From Thermodesulfobium acidiphilum (lineage in GTDB: Bacteria; Thermodesulfobiota; Thermodesulfobiia; Thermodesulfobiales; Thermodesulfobiaceae), in contig NZ_CP020921.1 of assembly GCF_003057965.1 (NCBI RefSeq), forward strand, positions 62,001 to 126,000: 64,000 bases of DNA, read 5' to 3'. Below, one piece after another: positions 29,327 to 39,232 of the stretch. The translations under genes were made by a program, and so were the position numbers. The first letter of the stretch is position 1, and each line of letters opens with the position of its first letter. Below the pieces are notes generated by a model. It was not told where the DNA came from. It saw nothing but the letters and a program-made list of their open reading frames with translations, and did not search any database.

Positions 29327-30445
29327 TTGTTTTATAAAGCAAGAGGTTTGTTTGTAATAGTTCTGACGCTTTTTGCACTACTGTGCATAGGCTCTATGGC
29401 ATTTGGGTGTACAGCAGTTGTTTTGCATGGGAAAGATATAATTGCAGCAAGAAACTTTGATTGGACTGATGGACATGCCCTTGTGGCAAGACATGAAAGA
29501 GGAATTAAAAAGGAAGCGGATTTTTTACAGGACAACGATGATGATGATTTCAAGAGTGCTGAATGGACTTCAAAGTATGGCAGTATAACTTTTGATGTTG
29601 TTGAAACCAGTCTTTTATACGGTCAGATAAGTATTCCTGTAGATGGAATGAACGAAAAAGGCCTTTGGGTTTCATCTTTGTGGCTTGATGACAACGACGG
29701 AAAGGCTATAAGTAATTTAGATTTTAAAAAAGTTTCTATAAACAATTGGGAATTGATAGAGTATCTTCTTGATAATTGTGCAGATGTAGATGATGCTTTA
29801 ACTGCTATCAAGAATATTCAAATAATCAATTTTAATTATGCTGACATGTTAGTTAACCTGCACTATATTATGGCTGACAGTTCAGGTAACACTGCAATAG
29901 TAGACATATTGCCTGATAGCAGGGTTATAATTTATAAAAATCCTGAACTTGATATTCTAACGAACAACTTTTACCAATCGAGCTTAGATAACCTAAAGAG
30001 ATATAAAGGCTTTGGAGGGAAATTAAACTTTCCAAAGGACGCCGAAGCAAATAGCGAAAATAGGTTTGTAAAGGCAGCAATTTTATATAACGATATGAAA
30101 ATATATCATAAAGATTCAATTTGTGGTGCATTCAAAATCATGAGGGAAACTGCGCAAAATGACATTGGAGAGCTACCTTATGAAGGGATTACTCAGTGGA
30201 CTGTGGGATATGATCTTACAAAAAAAGAAATTTATTGGTATTCGAGAACAAAGAATGCTAAAAAATTCATAAAACTTTCTGATATTGACTTCTCAAAGCC
30301 TCAAAAAATAAAACCTCTTGACATAAACGATGTGCTTGTAGGTGACACTACAGACTATTTTAAAACGGGGGGAAAGACTTCACCGAACAAAAAACATAAA
30401 TTTTTATTCTTTATTTTTAACTCTTCTTCGGAAGATAATATTTGA
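29327..30445 (+). CDS. Secreted Ntn linear amide C-N hydrolase (choloylglycine hydrolase/penicillin V acylase family)
   Basis: Signal peptide then CT..ARNFDW, DGMNEKGL, LTN and RFV motifs. Confidence 0.88.
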   Translation: MFYKARGLFVIVLTLFALLCIGSMAFGCTAVVLHGKDIIAARNFDWTDGHALVARHERGIKKEADFLQDNDDDDFKSAEWTSKYGSITFDVVETSLLYGQISIPVDGMNEKGLWVSSLWLDDNDGKAISNLDFKKVSINNWELIEYLLDNCADVDDALTAIKNIQIINFNYADMLVNLHYIMADSSGNTAIVDILPDSRVIIYKNPELDILTNNFYQSSLDNLKRYKGFGGKLNFPKDAEANSENRFVKAAILYNDMKIYHKDSICGAFKIMRETAQNDIGELPYEGITQWTVGYDLTKKEIYWYSRTKNAKKFIKLSDIDFSKPQKIKPLDINDVLVGDTTDYFKTGGKTSPNKKHKFLFFIFNSSSEDNI

Positions 30446-30556
30446 ATATAATTTATTTTATATTATATAATATTTTGTATGTCAAATCGTATTGACAAAA
30501 TTAATGAATATATTTTTACTATAAAATTATAAATAACTAAGGGGTAAAATTATTTT

Positions 30557-31312
30557 TTGAACAAGTGGGATGCAGAAAATTATGATAAGAAAGTAGGTTT
30601 TGTTTCCGAATTTGGGAAAGAACTGCTTCAATTGTTATCCCCTATACCCGGTGAGAGCATTTTAGATCTTGGTTGTGGAACTGGCGACTTGACTTATGAA
30701 ATCTTTAAGTTTGGGGCAGAACCTATAGGGATAGACTGTTCTCCTGCTATGATTGAAAGAGCACGCAAAAAATATCCTGAAATACAATTTTTCGTAGATT
30801 TAGCAGAAAGCTTTCGATTAAAAAGCCAAGTTGATGCAGTTTTTTCTAATGCAGCTCTTCATTGGGTGAAAAAAGCCTCTTTAGCAATTGAATCAATTTA
30901 TCTTGCTTTAAAGGAAGGCGGCAGATTTGTGGCCGAATTTGGAGGTAGGGGCAATGTGGATATGGTTATAAAAGCGATATATGAGGTACTTTCTAAATAT
31001 AAAATTGATGCAGCTAAACTTAATCCATGGTTCTACCCTTCTGTGGAAGAATATACTTTATTACTTGAGAATCAAGGCTTTAAGGTAATAGAAGCGTATC
31101 TATTTGAAAGGCCTACCAGACTCAGAGGAAAAGAGAGAGGATTAAGAGACTGGCTAGATATATTTTTCGGAATATTTTTTGAGGAGTTATCAGTTGATGA
31201 AAAAGAAGAATCTTATAAGTCTATAGAAGAAATTCTCAAGCCAGCTTTATTCAGAGATGGGAGCTATTTTGCAGATTATGTACGCATAAGGATTAAGGCT
31301 GTAAAAGTATGA
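30557..31312 (+). CDS. Class I SAM-dependent methyltransferase
   Basis: ILDLGCGTG, DAVFSNAALHW, EFGGRGNV. Confidence 0.9.
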   Translation: MNKWDAENYDKKVGFVSEFGKELLQLLSPIPGESILDLGCGTGDLTYEIFKFGAEPIGIDCSPAMIERARKKYPEIQFFVDLAESFRLKSQVDAVFSNAALHWVKKASLAIESIYLALKEGGRFVAEFGGRGNVDMVIKAIYEVLSKYKIDAAKLNPWFYPSVEEYTLLLENQGFKVIEAYLFERPTRLRGKERGLRDWLDIFFGIFFEELSVDEKEESYKSIEEILKPALFRDGSYFADYVRIRIKAVKV

Positions 31313-31461
31313 TTTTTAAAATTTATTTAAGGTAATAAATACTTAAGATCAGAGTAAAAATATAAAATTAAAATAAAATTTACTCTAAAAGTTTTTTAGT
31401 ATTCTTTAAGCTATTAAATTTTAATAGCTTTTTAAGTAATTTTTATCTGAAGGAGGTTTAT

Positions 31462-32277
31462 GTGCACTCTTTAGTTTTTATTAAACAAGTTCCAGATGCA
31501 GCTCAGGTTAGAGTAGACTATCATACTGGGACCCTGATTAGAGACGGAGTTCCTGCAATAATCAATCCTTACGACGCTCACGCTATTGAAGCAGCTGTCC
31601 AGATAAAGGACAGATTTGGTGGAATAGTTTCAGTTTTAAGTATGGGTCCTCCAATGGCCGAAGAGGCTTTAAGAAAAGCTTTATCCATGGGAGCGGATAA
31701 GGCATATCTTCTTTGTGATAAGGTCTTTGCAGGATCTGATACCTGGGCTACAAGTTATGCTTTGTGGGCAGGGGCACAGGAGGTTATACAGGAGAATGGG
31801 CCAGTTGATATATTTTGGGCTGGCAAACAGGCTATTGACGGTGATACCGCTCAAACTGGCCCTGGTTTGGCAACTCGCTTTGATATACCACTTGTGACTT
31901 GTGCTATAAAAATAATAGAAGTAAATCCTGAGAAAGGCTATGTGATAGCTCAGAGACAAATCGAAGGAGGTTTTGAAACCCTTCAGGTTACCATACCGTG
32001 TATGATTACTACAGAAAAAGAGTTGAATACTCTTAGATTTTCTCCTCTTCCAGATTTAATTAGAGCTGCAAAGTTAGAGATACGCGTGCTTAACTCAAAT
32101 AATATAAAGATTGATCCAACAAAGTGTGGTTTAAAAAGTTCTCCTACGAAGGTAAAGAGAGTCTTTGTCCCGCCTAAGAGAGAGAGAAAAGAGATTATTG
32201 AGGCTAGCGTTAACGATGTGGCAAGAGCTCTATTTGAGAAATTAGAACCCGTTTTAAAAGAAATGGGCAAATTATAG
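31462..32277 (+). CDS. fixA: Electron transfer flavoprotein beta subunit (FixA)
   Basis: KQVPD, INPYD and GKQAIDGDTAQTGP motifs; fixABCX context. Confidence 0.9.
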   Translation: MHSLVFIKQVPDAAQVRVDYHTGTLIRDGVPAIINPYDAHAIEAAVQIKDRFGGIVSVLSMGPPMAEEALRKALSMGADKAYLLCDKVFAGSDTWATSYALWAGAQEVIQENGPVDIFWAGKQAIDGDTAQTGPGLATRFDIPLVTCAIKIIEVNPEKGYVIAQRQIEGGFETLQVTIPCMITTEKELNTLRFSPLPDLIRAAKLEIRVLNSNNIKIDPTKCGLKSSPTKVKRVFVPPKRERKEIIEASVNDVARALFEKLEPVLKEMGKL

Positions 32278-32288
32278 GAGACTGTGTT

Positions 32289-33323
32289 ATGACTCATAAT
32301 ATTAGAGAATATAAAGATGTATGGGTTTTTATAGAACACGATAATGGGAGAATTGAGCACGTTTCTCTGGAGCTATTAACTAAAGGTCGCCAACTGGCAA
32401 AAGACTTAGGATGTAAAATTTGTGCCTTTACTGTAGGGGATAAAGTTGAGATTTTTTCAAATAAGTTATCAGAATATGGAGCTGAAAAATTTTATTTTGT
32501 TGAAAACCCTGTGCTGAAAGAATATAGAACTGAACCTTACAGGGATAGTCTTCTATATTTAATTGAAAAATATAAACCTGAAATAATATTAATTGGAGCG
32601 ACCACTCTTGGTAGAGATATAGCAGCGACACTTGCAACCAAACTTGATACAGGATTAACTGCTGATACTACGGCGCTCGATATAGACTTTGAATCAGACG
32701 CAAAAAATCTATTAATGACCCGTCCAACCTTTGGTGGGAATCTTATGGCTGTAATATATTGTCCTGACAATAGGCCTCAAATGTCTACAGTAAGGCCTGG
32801 AGTTTTCCAGGCAATAAAAGATCCTGTAAACATTGAAAAGATTAGAGAAGAATTTGAGTTCTTTGAGGATAAAATACCAAAAAAAATTTTAGAAAGAGTT
32901 AAGACTGAATCTGATAAAGTAAATTTGAGCTTTTACGACGTAATAATAGCAGGGGGTAGGGGAATAGGAAAAAAGGAGAATATAAAGCTTCTAGAAGACC
33001 TTGCAAGAACTTTGGGAGGCACATGGGCTGTATCAAGAAAGGTGGTTCAAATGGGTTGGGCTCCATACTCAAGACAAGTAGGTCAAACTGGTCAAACTGT
33101 TCATCCAAAGATTTATATAGCTGCAGGAATATCTGGGGCAATTCAACATCTGGCTGGAATGAAATCTTCTGAAATTATTGTTGCCATCAATAAAGATCCT
33201 CATGCACCAATATTTGACATAGCAACTTATGGAATTGTAGGAGATGCTATAGAGATTTTACCAAGACTAACTCAATTTTTTAGCGATAAGCTAAAAGCTG
33301 GAGGTTCAAATGAGAAAAAATGA
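32289..33323 (+). CDS. fixB: Electron transfer flavoprotein alpha subunit (FixB)
   Basis: TGLTAD, RPTFGGN, QVGQTG, GISGAIQHLAG. Confidence 0.9.
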   Translation: MTHNIREYKDVWVFIEHDNGRIEHVSLELLTKGRQLAKDLGCKICAFTVGDKVEIFSNKLSEYGAEKFYFVENPVLKEYRTEPYRDSLLYLIEKYKPEIILIGATTLGRDIAATLATKLDTGLTADTTALDIDFESDAKNLLMTRPTFGGNLMAVIYCPDNRPQMSTVRPGVFQAIKDPVNIEKIREEFEFFEDKIPKKILERVKTESDKVNLSFYDVIIAGGRGIGKKENIKLLEDLARTLGGTWAVSRKVVQMGWAPYSRQVGQTGQTVHPKIYIAAGISGAIQHLAGMKSSEIIVAINKDPHAPIFDIATYGIVGDAIEILPRLTQFFSDKLKAGGSNEKK

Positions 33324-34611
33324 TTTTGACGTAATAATAGTAGGGGCAGGACCTGCGGGACTCGCTGCTGGCTATGTTTTAGCTAAAGAGGGAATAAACG
33401 TTGCTATTATAGAACGTGGTATTTTTCCAGGCTCTAAAAACGTTATGGGTGGCATATTTTACAGAAGTTCTTTGGATGACTTGATACCTGATTTTTATAA
33501 AGAAGCACCTTTAGAAAGACATATAGTGGAGCAAAAGATTTGGCTTTTATCAGATGATTCTATGTTTTCTGTAGGGTTAAAGAGCGAAAAATATAACGCT
33601 GAGCCGTACAATTGTTTTAGTGTGTTCAGGGCAAAATTTGATAAATGGTTTGCAAAAAAAGTATTGGATGCCTCTGCGATGATAATAAATGAGACAGTAG
33701 TGAAAGAACTAATTTTGGATAAAGAGAAAGTAGTCGGTGTAAGAACCGATAGACCAAATGGAGATCTTTATTCTGATGTAGTTATATCGGCTGAAGGGGT
33801 TAATTCCTTTTTGCCAAAATATCTTGGTTTGAGAAGAGAGATTAATACAAATAACGTTGCTCTTGGCGTAAAGGAAGTTATAGAGTTGCCAGATAAGGTT
33901 ATAAACGATAGGTTTGGAGTTTCAAACTCTTCTGAGGGAGTGGCCATAGAGATAACTGGTCCCTATTTTAAAGAAATGAGAGCAATGGGTTTTGTTTATA
34001 CCAATAGGAATTCTTTGTCTATAGGCATAGGAGCAGTTATAGAAGATCTGGTGAGGCTTAAAATAAATCCTAATGATTTGCTCGAAACTTTAAAAGGCCA
34101 TCCAGCAATAAAGCCCTTAATTAGCGGTAGCGAAACTAAGGAGTACATGGCTCACATGATTCCTGAGGGGGGATATTATTCAATGCCAAAACTCTATTAT
34201 GATGGTTTTATGGTTGTAGGAGATGCAGCTATGCTTGTAAACAGCATTCACAGAGAAGGAGCAAATCTAGCAATTGAATCTGGAAAGTTTGCAGCAAAAA
34301 CATATATTGAAGCAAGAAAGATAGGAGATTTCTCACAGAGGACGCTGAGCGCTTATCAGAAAAAACTTGAAGAATCATTTGTGTTGAAAGACTTAAAGAC
34401 ATATAGAAATTTACCAAAATTGTTAGAAGAAAAAAAGTACCTTATTTCAAAATATCCAAAATTTTTAATAGATGCTATGTATGAAATATATAACGTAGAT
34501 AGAGTTTCAAAATCAGATAAAATAAAGTTAATCTTAAATAAAGCGAAAAAGGAAATTGGATATTTTAACATTATTAAAGATATATTTAGTGTCTGGAGGA
34601 ACTTCAAATGA
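33310..34611 (+). CDS. fixC: FixC flavoprotein (ETF:quinone oxidoreductase)
   Basis: GAGPAG, PGSKNVMGG, EYMAHMIPEGG, GDAA..EGANLA. Confidence 0.9.
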   Translation: MRKNDFDVIIVGAGPAGLAAGYVLAKEGINVAIIERGIFPGSKNVMGGIFYRSSLDDLIPDFYKEAPLERHIVEQKIWLLSDDSMFSVGLKSEKYNAEPYNCFSVFRAKFDKWFAKKVLDASAMIINETVVKELILDKEKVVGVRTDRPNGDLYSDVVISAEGVNSFLPKYLGLRREINTNNVALGVKEVIELPDKVINDRFGVSNSSEGVAIEITGPYFKEMRAMGFVYTNRNSLSIGIGAVIEDLVRLKINPNDLLETLKGHPAIKPLISGSETKEYMAHMIPEGGYYSMPKLYYDGFMVVGDAAMLVNSIHREGANLAIESGKFAAKTYIEARKIGDFSQRTLSAYQKKLEESFVLKDLKTYRNLPKLLEEKKYLISKYPKFLIDAMYEIYNVDRVSKSDKIKLILNKAKKEIGYFNIIKDIFSVWRNFK

Positions 34612-34880
34612 GAATTGAAGATAAGCTTTATTTGATAGGTTACAATATCGACGAAGAAAGCCATCTGGGAGTAAGTGATCCAAATGAGTGCAAGAGATGT
34701 CAGGGGAGACCCTGTACGTATATTTGTCCAGCGGGAGTTTATTCATACGACGATGAAGAGGATAAACTCTCTATTAATTATGATGCATGCGTTGAATGTG
34801 GCACATGCAGAATTGTTTGCAGTTATATTACTTGGAGATACCCAAGAGGGGGGTTTGGTGTACAGTATAAATTTGGATAG
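34608..34880 (+). CDS. fixX: FixX ferredoxin
   Basis: CxxC..CTYICPA and CVECGTC..C, ending WRYPRGGFGVQYKFG. Confidence 0.92.
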   Translation: MRIEDKLYLIGYNIDEESHLGVSDPNECKRCQGRPCTYICPAGVYSYDDEEDKLSINYDACVECGTCRIVCSYITWRYPRGGFGVQYKFG

Positions 34881-35016
34881 AGCTTTATAAAAAGTTATAA
34901 AGAAAATAAAATTTTAGTAAATTCCTTTTTTTACAGTTATCTTAAGATAAAGTTTCCTTTTTTTTATGTTATAATAACAGAATATTCTGACAATTATTTT
35001 AGGAGAGGGATAATTT

Positions 35017-36777
35017 ATGAAAAGAGAGTTAGAAGAGTTTTTGAAACTTAGGGATTTTGTCTTGTCTTACCCTGATTATGAACAGTGTAGAAGAGAATTT
35101 AAATGGCCTCATTTGACGAAATTTAATTGGGCATTAGATTATTTTGATTTTATCGCATCAAATAACAACGATACTGCTTTATTATTTGTAGATGATGATG
35201 GAAAAGAGATCTGGGCAAGCTACGATTTTTTAAGAAAAAGATCTAATCAGGTGGCTAATTTTTTAAAGGAAATTGGACTACAAAAAAGGGATAGAGTGAT
35301 GGTTATGATGGAAAACTCTGTTTCTCTATTTGAAATCCTTCTTGGAATAATGAAAGCGGGGGGGGTTATAATTCCTGCTGCTACCATGCTTCCTGCTGAA
35401 GACGTTGCAGAAAGAATAGAAACTGCTAATATAAAGTTTGTCTTTGTAGATGGTGATATTGTTCCAAAGCTTTCTAAAATTGAAGTTATTGCAAACAAAT
35501 ATCTAAATGCTGTTGTCAATGTAGGGAATCATTCAAACTCAGTTTTTAATAATAGTAAAGGAAAGTCCCCTATTTGGATAAATTACATTGAAGTTGACAA
35601 TTTCAAAGAAGAGTATTCCCCCTCCTTTATCACATATTCAACTGATGAAATGTACTCATTCTTTACCTCAGGTACTACTGCAAAGCCAAAGTTAGTTACA
35701 CATAATCATAACTATCCTGTTGGCCATCTAACAACTCTTTACTGGGTGGGATGTACAAGAGGTGATATTCATTACAATATAAGTGCTCCTGGCTGGGCAA
35801 AACACGCTTGGAGTAGCGTTTTTGTTCCCTGGAACGCTCAGGCGACGGCTTTTATCTATAAATATAAGGGTAGATTTAATCCGAAAAATATTTTGTCTAA
35901 GATAGAAAAATATAAAATTACTACGCTTTGTGCACCACTTAGTGTATGGAAACTCTTTTTGATTGAAAATCTAAAGAGTTATAAATTTTCTTTAAGAGAG
36001 ATTGTTAGCGCAGGCGAGCCTCTTAATCCCGAAGTTATAAAGAAAGTCAAAGAATACATAAATCTTAATTTAAGAGAAGGTTATGGCCAGACTGAGAGCA
36101 CTCTTATGATTGGAAATTTTAAGGGGGAGCACACTAAAAAAGGTTCAATGGGCAAAGCTGCCCCCGGATATAATTTGAGCATTTTGAGTAATCAGCTAGA
36201 TCTTAAAAATGAAGGTGAAGATGGACAAATAGGTGTCAATATCTATCCTATTAAACCTCTTGGGATTTTAAATGCCTACAATGATTCGGCTAAAAATGAA
36301 TCGGTTTTTAAGGGCGGTTATTATCTTTCAGGCGATACCGCTTATGTAGATAAGGATGGTTATTTTTATTTCGTTGGTAGAACTGATGATGTGTTTAAGA
36401 GTCTTGACTATAGAATCAGTCCTTTTGAGGTTGAAAGCGAAATTATGGAACATCATGCAGTTCTTGAAGTTGCAGTAGTGCCTACCACAGATGAAAGAGA
36501 GATGATAGTTCCAAAAGCTTTTATAGTTTTGAAGCCTGACTACATTCCTTCTCGCGAAATGGCACTCGAATTGTTTAGATTTATCAGGAAACATATAGCT
36601 CCTTATAAAAGACCTCGCTTTATAGAATTTTTGGATTCATTTCCAAAGACAGTAAGCGCAAAGATAATAAGAAAGGATCTGAGAGAATACGATCAAAAGA
36701 TAAAAAAGAAGAAAATTAAAGCTGAACACGAATATAGAGAAAAGGACTTCCTGGAGGAGATAAGGGGTAGCGTATAA
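35017..36777 (+). CDS. Acyl-CoA synthetase (AMP-forming)
   Basis: FTSGTTAKPK, EGYGQTE, GRTDD, PKTVSAKI. Confidence 0.9.
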   Translation: MKRELEEFLKLRDFVLSYPDYEQCRREFKWPHLTKFNWALDYFDFIASNNNDTALLFVDDDGKEIWASYDFLRKRSNQVANFLKEIGLQKRDRVMVMMENSVSLFEILLGIMKAGGVIIPAATMLPAEDVAERIETANIKFVFVDGDIVPKLSKIEVIANKYLNAVVNVGNHSNSVFNNSKGKSPIWINYIEVDNFKEEYSPSFITYSTDEMYSFFTSGTTAKPKLVTHNHNYPVGHLTTLYWVGCTRGDIHYNISAPGWAKHAWSSVFVPWNAQATAFIYKYKGRFNPKNILSKIEKYKITTLCAPLSVWKLFLIENLKSYKFSLREIVSAGEPLNPEVIKKVKEYINLNLREGYGQTESTLMIGNFKGEHTKKGSMGKAAPGYNLSILSNQLDLKNEGEDGQIGVNIYPIKPLGILNAYNDSAKNESVFKGGYYLSGDTAYVDKDGYFYFVGRTDDVFKSLDYRISPFEVESEIMEHHAVLEVAVVPTTDEREMIVPKAFIVLKPDYIPSREMALELFRFIRKHIAPYKRPRFIEFLDSFPKTVSAKIIRKDLREYDQKIKKKKIKAEHEYREKDFLEEIRGSV

Positions 36778-36780
36778 AAT

Positions 36781-36947
36781 TTAATTATTAATTAACAATA
36801 TAATAAAAGGAATTATTTTTACTCCATTCTGCTTCGCTACAAACTTTACAGCATCTTCTGGCCTCAAACCTAGAAGGCGCCTTATTTTTTTAGGTTTGGC
36901 TGCTTGAACTTTCTTTGTTAAAGCCGATCCGTTTGAGTTTTTAGCAT
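36781..36947 (-). pseudogene. AbrB/MazE-type DNA-binding (antitoxin) gene, frameshifted
   Basis: SD AAGGAGG + ATG 36947 stops after 9 codons; the shifted frame reads ALTKKVQAAKPKKIRRLLGLRPEDAVKFV..GVKIIP. Confidence 0.55.
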
Positions 36948-37032
36948 GCTCCTCCTTTATTTATTGTAATACTATGTTACATGTAACCCTAAATCTTTTG
37001 TATGACAAAATCAGGCAAAATTATATAAATAC

Positions 37033-37080
37033 TTGACGAAATTTATTATATAATTATAATATACATAATTAATAATGTAT
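37033..37080 (+). promoter_or_regulatory. SigmaA promoter followed by an ArsR/SmtB-like operator
   Basis: TTGACG-N16-TATAAT, then palindrome ATACAT-N8-ATGTAT at 37061-37080. Confidence 0.55.
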
Positions 37081-37098
37081 TTATTAGGAGGTCAAAAG

Positions 37099-37359
37099 GT
37101 GATTATAAAGATTTTAGGAACAGGATGTACGAATTGTAATAGGTTATATGACAACACAAAAAAGGCTATTGAGATGGGACAGATTCCAGCAACTATTTAT
37201 AAAGTTGAGGATGTAAAAGAGATAATGAAATATAAGGTTATGACTACCCCAGTTCTTGTGGTGGACGAAAAGGTCGTTTTCAAGGGAAAGGTTCCTTCGC
37301 CTGAAGACATACTAAAAACAATATTTAACGAAATGTTAAATAAAGATAAGGACAGTTAA
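37099..37359 (+). CDS. Small redox-active disulfide protein (TM0996/MTH895-like thioredoxin)
   Basis: IKILGTGCTNC and VMTTP motifs; GTG start after SD AGGAGG. Confidence 0.85.
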   Translation: MIIKILGTGCTNCNRLYDNTKKAIEMGQIPATIYKVEDVKEIMKYKVMTTPVLVVDEKVVFKGKVPSPEDILKTIFNEMLNKDKDS

Positions 37360-37363
37360 TCTT

Positions 37364-38338
37364 ATGCAAATATTTACCTGGTTTGCTGATTACGTAGTTT
37401 ATAACTTTTTGCATCTTGAGAAGGGACATCATCTTACTAACGCTGTTCACTTTTTTATTGAGGATACTTCCAAAATATTTTTTTTGCTTCTGGTTATTAT
37501 ATTTATAATAACCTATATAAGAAGCTATTTGACTCCAGAGAAAGTCAGATCGCTTCTTGTAAAAAAGGGTAAAAATATTTATTTTGCTCACCTTTTAGCC
37601 GATCTTGTGGGAATAATAACTCCATTCTGTTCTTGTTCTGCTGTGCCACTGTTTATTGGATTTGTTGAAGCTGGAGTACCACTGGGCGTTACTTTTACAT
37701 ATTTAATAGCTGCTCCCACTGTCAATGAAGTAGCACTAGTTCTTTTGTATGGCTTATTCGGTTGGGAGATAGCTGCTATATATATACTTTCAGGAGAAGT
37801 TATCGCATTTTTTGGTGGCATTATAATAGGGGCACTGAAACTTGAGAAATATGTAGAGGGTTATGTTTATGAGAATGTCTCGACAGATATAGATTTAGAA
37901 GTAGAAGAAATTAAGATAACTTTTAAAGAGAGGGTAAAGGAAGCTTTTGAATACACTATAAATCTTATAAAAAAGATTGGGATATGGGTGATTATAGGTA
38001 TAGGTATGGCATCTGGAATGCACGGATGGGCACCTACTGGCTTTTTGGCTCAGATTGCAGGACCGAATAACCCTTTTGCAGTTTTAGTAGCAGTTTTGAT
38101 AGGAATTCCGCTTTACTCAAACGCTGCTGGCATGATACCTGTAGTCTCAGAGTTAATTAGATTGGGAGTTCCTATTGGTACAGCTTTAGCCTTTATGATG
38201 TCTGTAACTGCAGTATCTCTTCCTGAAACAATACTTTTAAGACAAGTTATAAAACCACCTCTTTTAGCTATATTTCTTGGAATAGTGACGGTATCTATAA
38301 TCTTTACAGGGTATCTTTTTAATTTCCTGATACCATAA
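37364..38338 (+). CDS. ArsP-like (DUF318) permease
   Basis: TPFCSCSAVPLF, GVPLGVTF, GIPLYSN, SLPE. Confidence 0.88.
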   Translation: MQIFTWFADYVVYNFLHLEKGHHLTNAVHFFIEDTSKIFFLLLVIIFIITYIRSYLTPEKVRSLLVKKGKNIYFAHLLADLVGIITPFCSCSAVPLFIGFVEAGVPLGVTFTYLIAAPTVNEVALVLLYGLFGWEIAAIYILSGEVIAFFGGIIIGALKLEKYVEGYVYENVSTDIDLEVEEIKITFKERVKEAFEYTINLIKKIGIWVIIGIGMASGMHGWAPTGFLAQIAGPNNPFAVLVAVLIGIPLYSNAAGMIPVVSELIRLGVPIGTALAFMMSVTAVSLPETILLRQVIKPPLLAIFLGIVTVSIIFTGYLFNFLIP

Positions 38339-38341
38339 AAG

Positions 38342-39049
38342 TTATAGGGGTGAGGGGATAATTTCTAATTTGTTGCATTTGTCAAATTCGTACTCGAGTC
38401 TATCAGAGTGTATGGTTGCTCCACTAATAAGCACCACTGCCTCGAGAAATTTTAGACTACCTTTTACTTTGTATCTTGTTTTCTTGCTTCTTATTACCGT
38501 ATTTTTATTTATAAGTTCGAGAAAAAATTCTATAGCTTCAATTGAGTCTTGAGAAATGTTGCCAAGGGACTTCTTTATAAAGCCGATTAAAAGCTCTCTT
38601 CTCTCCTCAACGCTTAACTTTGTAAAGATGAAGCTCTTTTCCTGTGTAGCGCTTAGGATAATTTCATTAAAAGGAGAATATGATTTTATATCGAGTATTG
38701 GTGTTTCGTCATAGAAGTCTAGGCCTGAAACTTTTAAAATATTTTGCTCTCTTTTTATTAGTTCTACAGTATCTAGCGCAATAGGGTTGGGTCTAACAGG
38801 ACTTCTTAGAGAAAATACGCCCGTCAGAGGTTGGCTAAAATCTCCTCTTGGATAAACCAAAAGAGGCTTATCTGAAGGAGTTCCAAAGAGCGCTACTAAT
38901 ACTAAAAAAGAATTATTTTCTATACCTCTAAGTCCAGCTTCAAACTCTTCAAACACATGGATCTCACCACTATAGCCGTCCGGTGGAATTTTTGAACCCT
39001 TTTTCAGGTTCGATACTACTCTTCCAATCACTTTAAAAAATTCATTCAT
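38342..39049 (-). CDS. TsaA/TrmO-like tRNA methyltransferase with C-terminal extension
   Basis: GVFSLRSPVRPNPI and GLDFYDETPILDIK motifs. Confidence 0.8.
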   Translation of the reverse strand: MNEFFKVIGRVVSNLKKGSKIPPDGYSGEIHVFEEFEAGLRGIENNSFLVLVALFGTPSDKPLLVYPRGDFSQPLTGVFSLRSPVRPNPIALDTVELIKREQNILKVSGLDFYDETPILDIKSYSPFNEIILSATQEKSFIFTKLSVEERRELLIGFIKKSLGNISQDSIEAIEFFLELINKNTVIRSKKTRYKVKGSLKFLEAVVLISGATIHSDRLEYEFDKCNKLEIIPSPL

Positions 39050-39066
39050 TTTTCCCCCTAAAAAAA

Positions 39067-39142
39067 TGGTAGCCCTATGGGGATTCGAACCCCAGTTACC
39101 GAGCTGAGAACCCGGCGTCCTGGTCCACTAGACGATAGGGCC
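39067..39142 (-). tRNA. tRNA-Glu (CTC)
   Basis: Cloverleaf GGCCCTATCGTCTAGTGG...GTTCGAATC...ACCA with anticodon CTC. Confidence 0.95.
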
Positions 39143-39152
39143 ACAAACTAAC

Positions 39153-39226
39153 TGGCTGGGGAAGATGGATTCGAACCACCACTACATGGTCCAGAGCCAT
39201 GCGTCCTACCGTTAGACGATTCCCCA
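39153..39226 (-). tRNA. tRNA-Gln (CTG)
   Basis: TGGGGAATCGTCTAACGG...CTCTGGA...GTTCGAATC...GCCA. Confidence 0.95.
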
Positions 39227-39232
39227 ATAAAA

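Noticed and set aside
39067-39095. tRNA-Glu 3' end as the att site of an island to its left
   Set aside because: No duplicate of the tRNA end and no integrase seen in the window.
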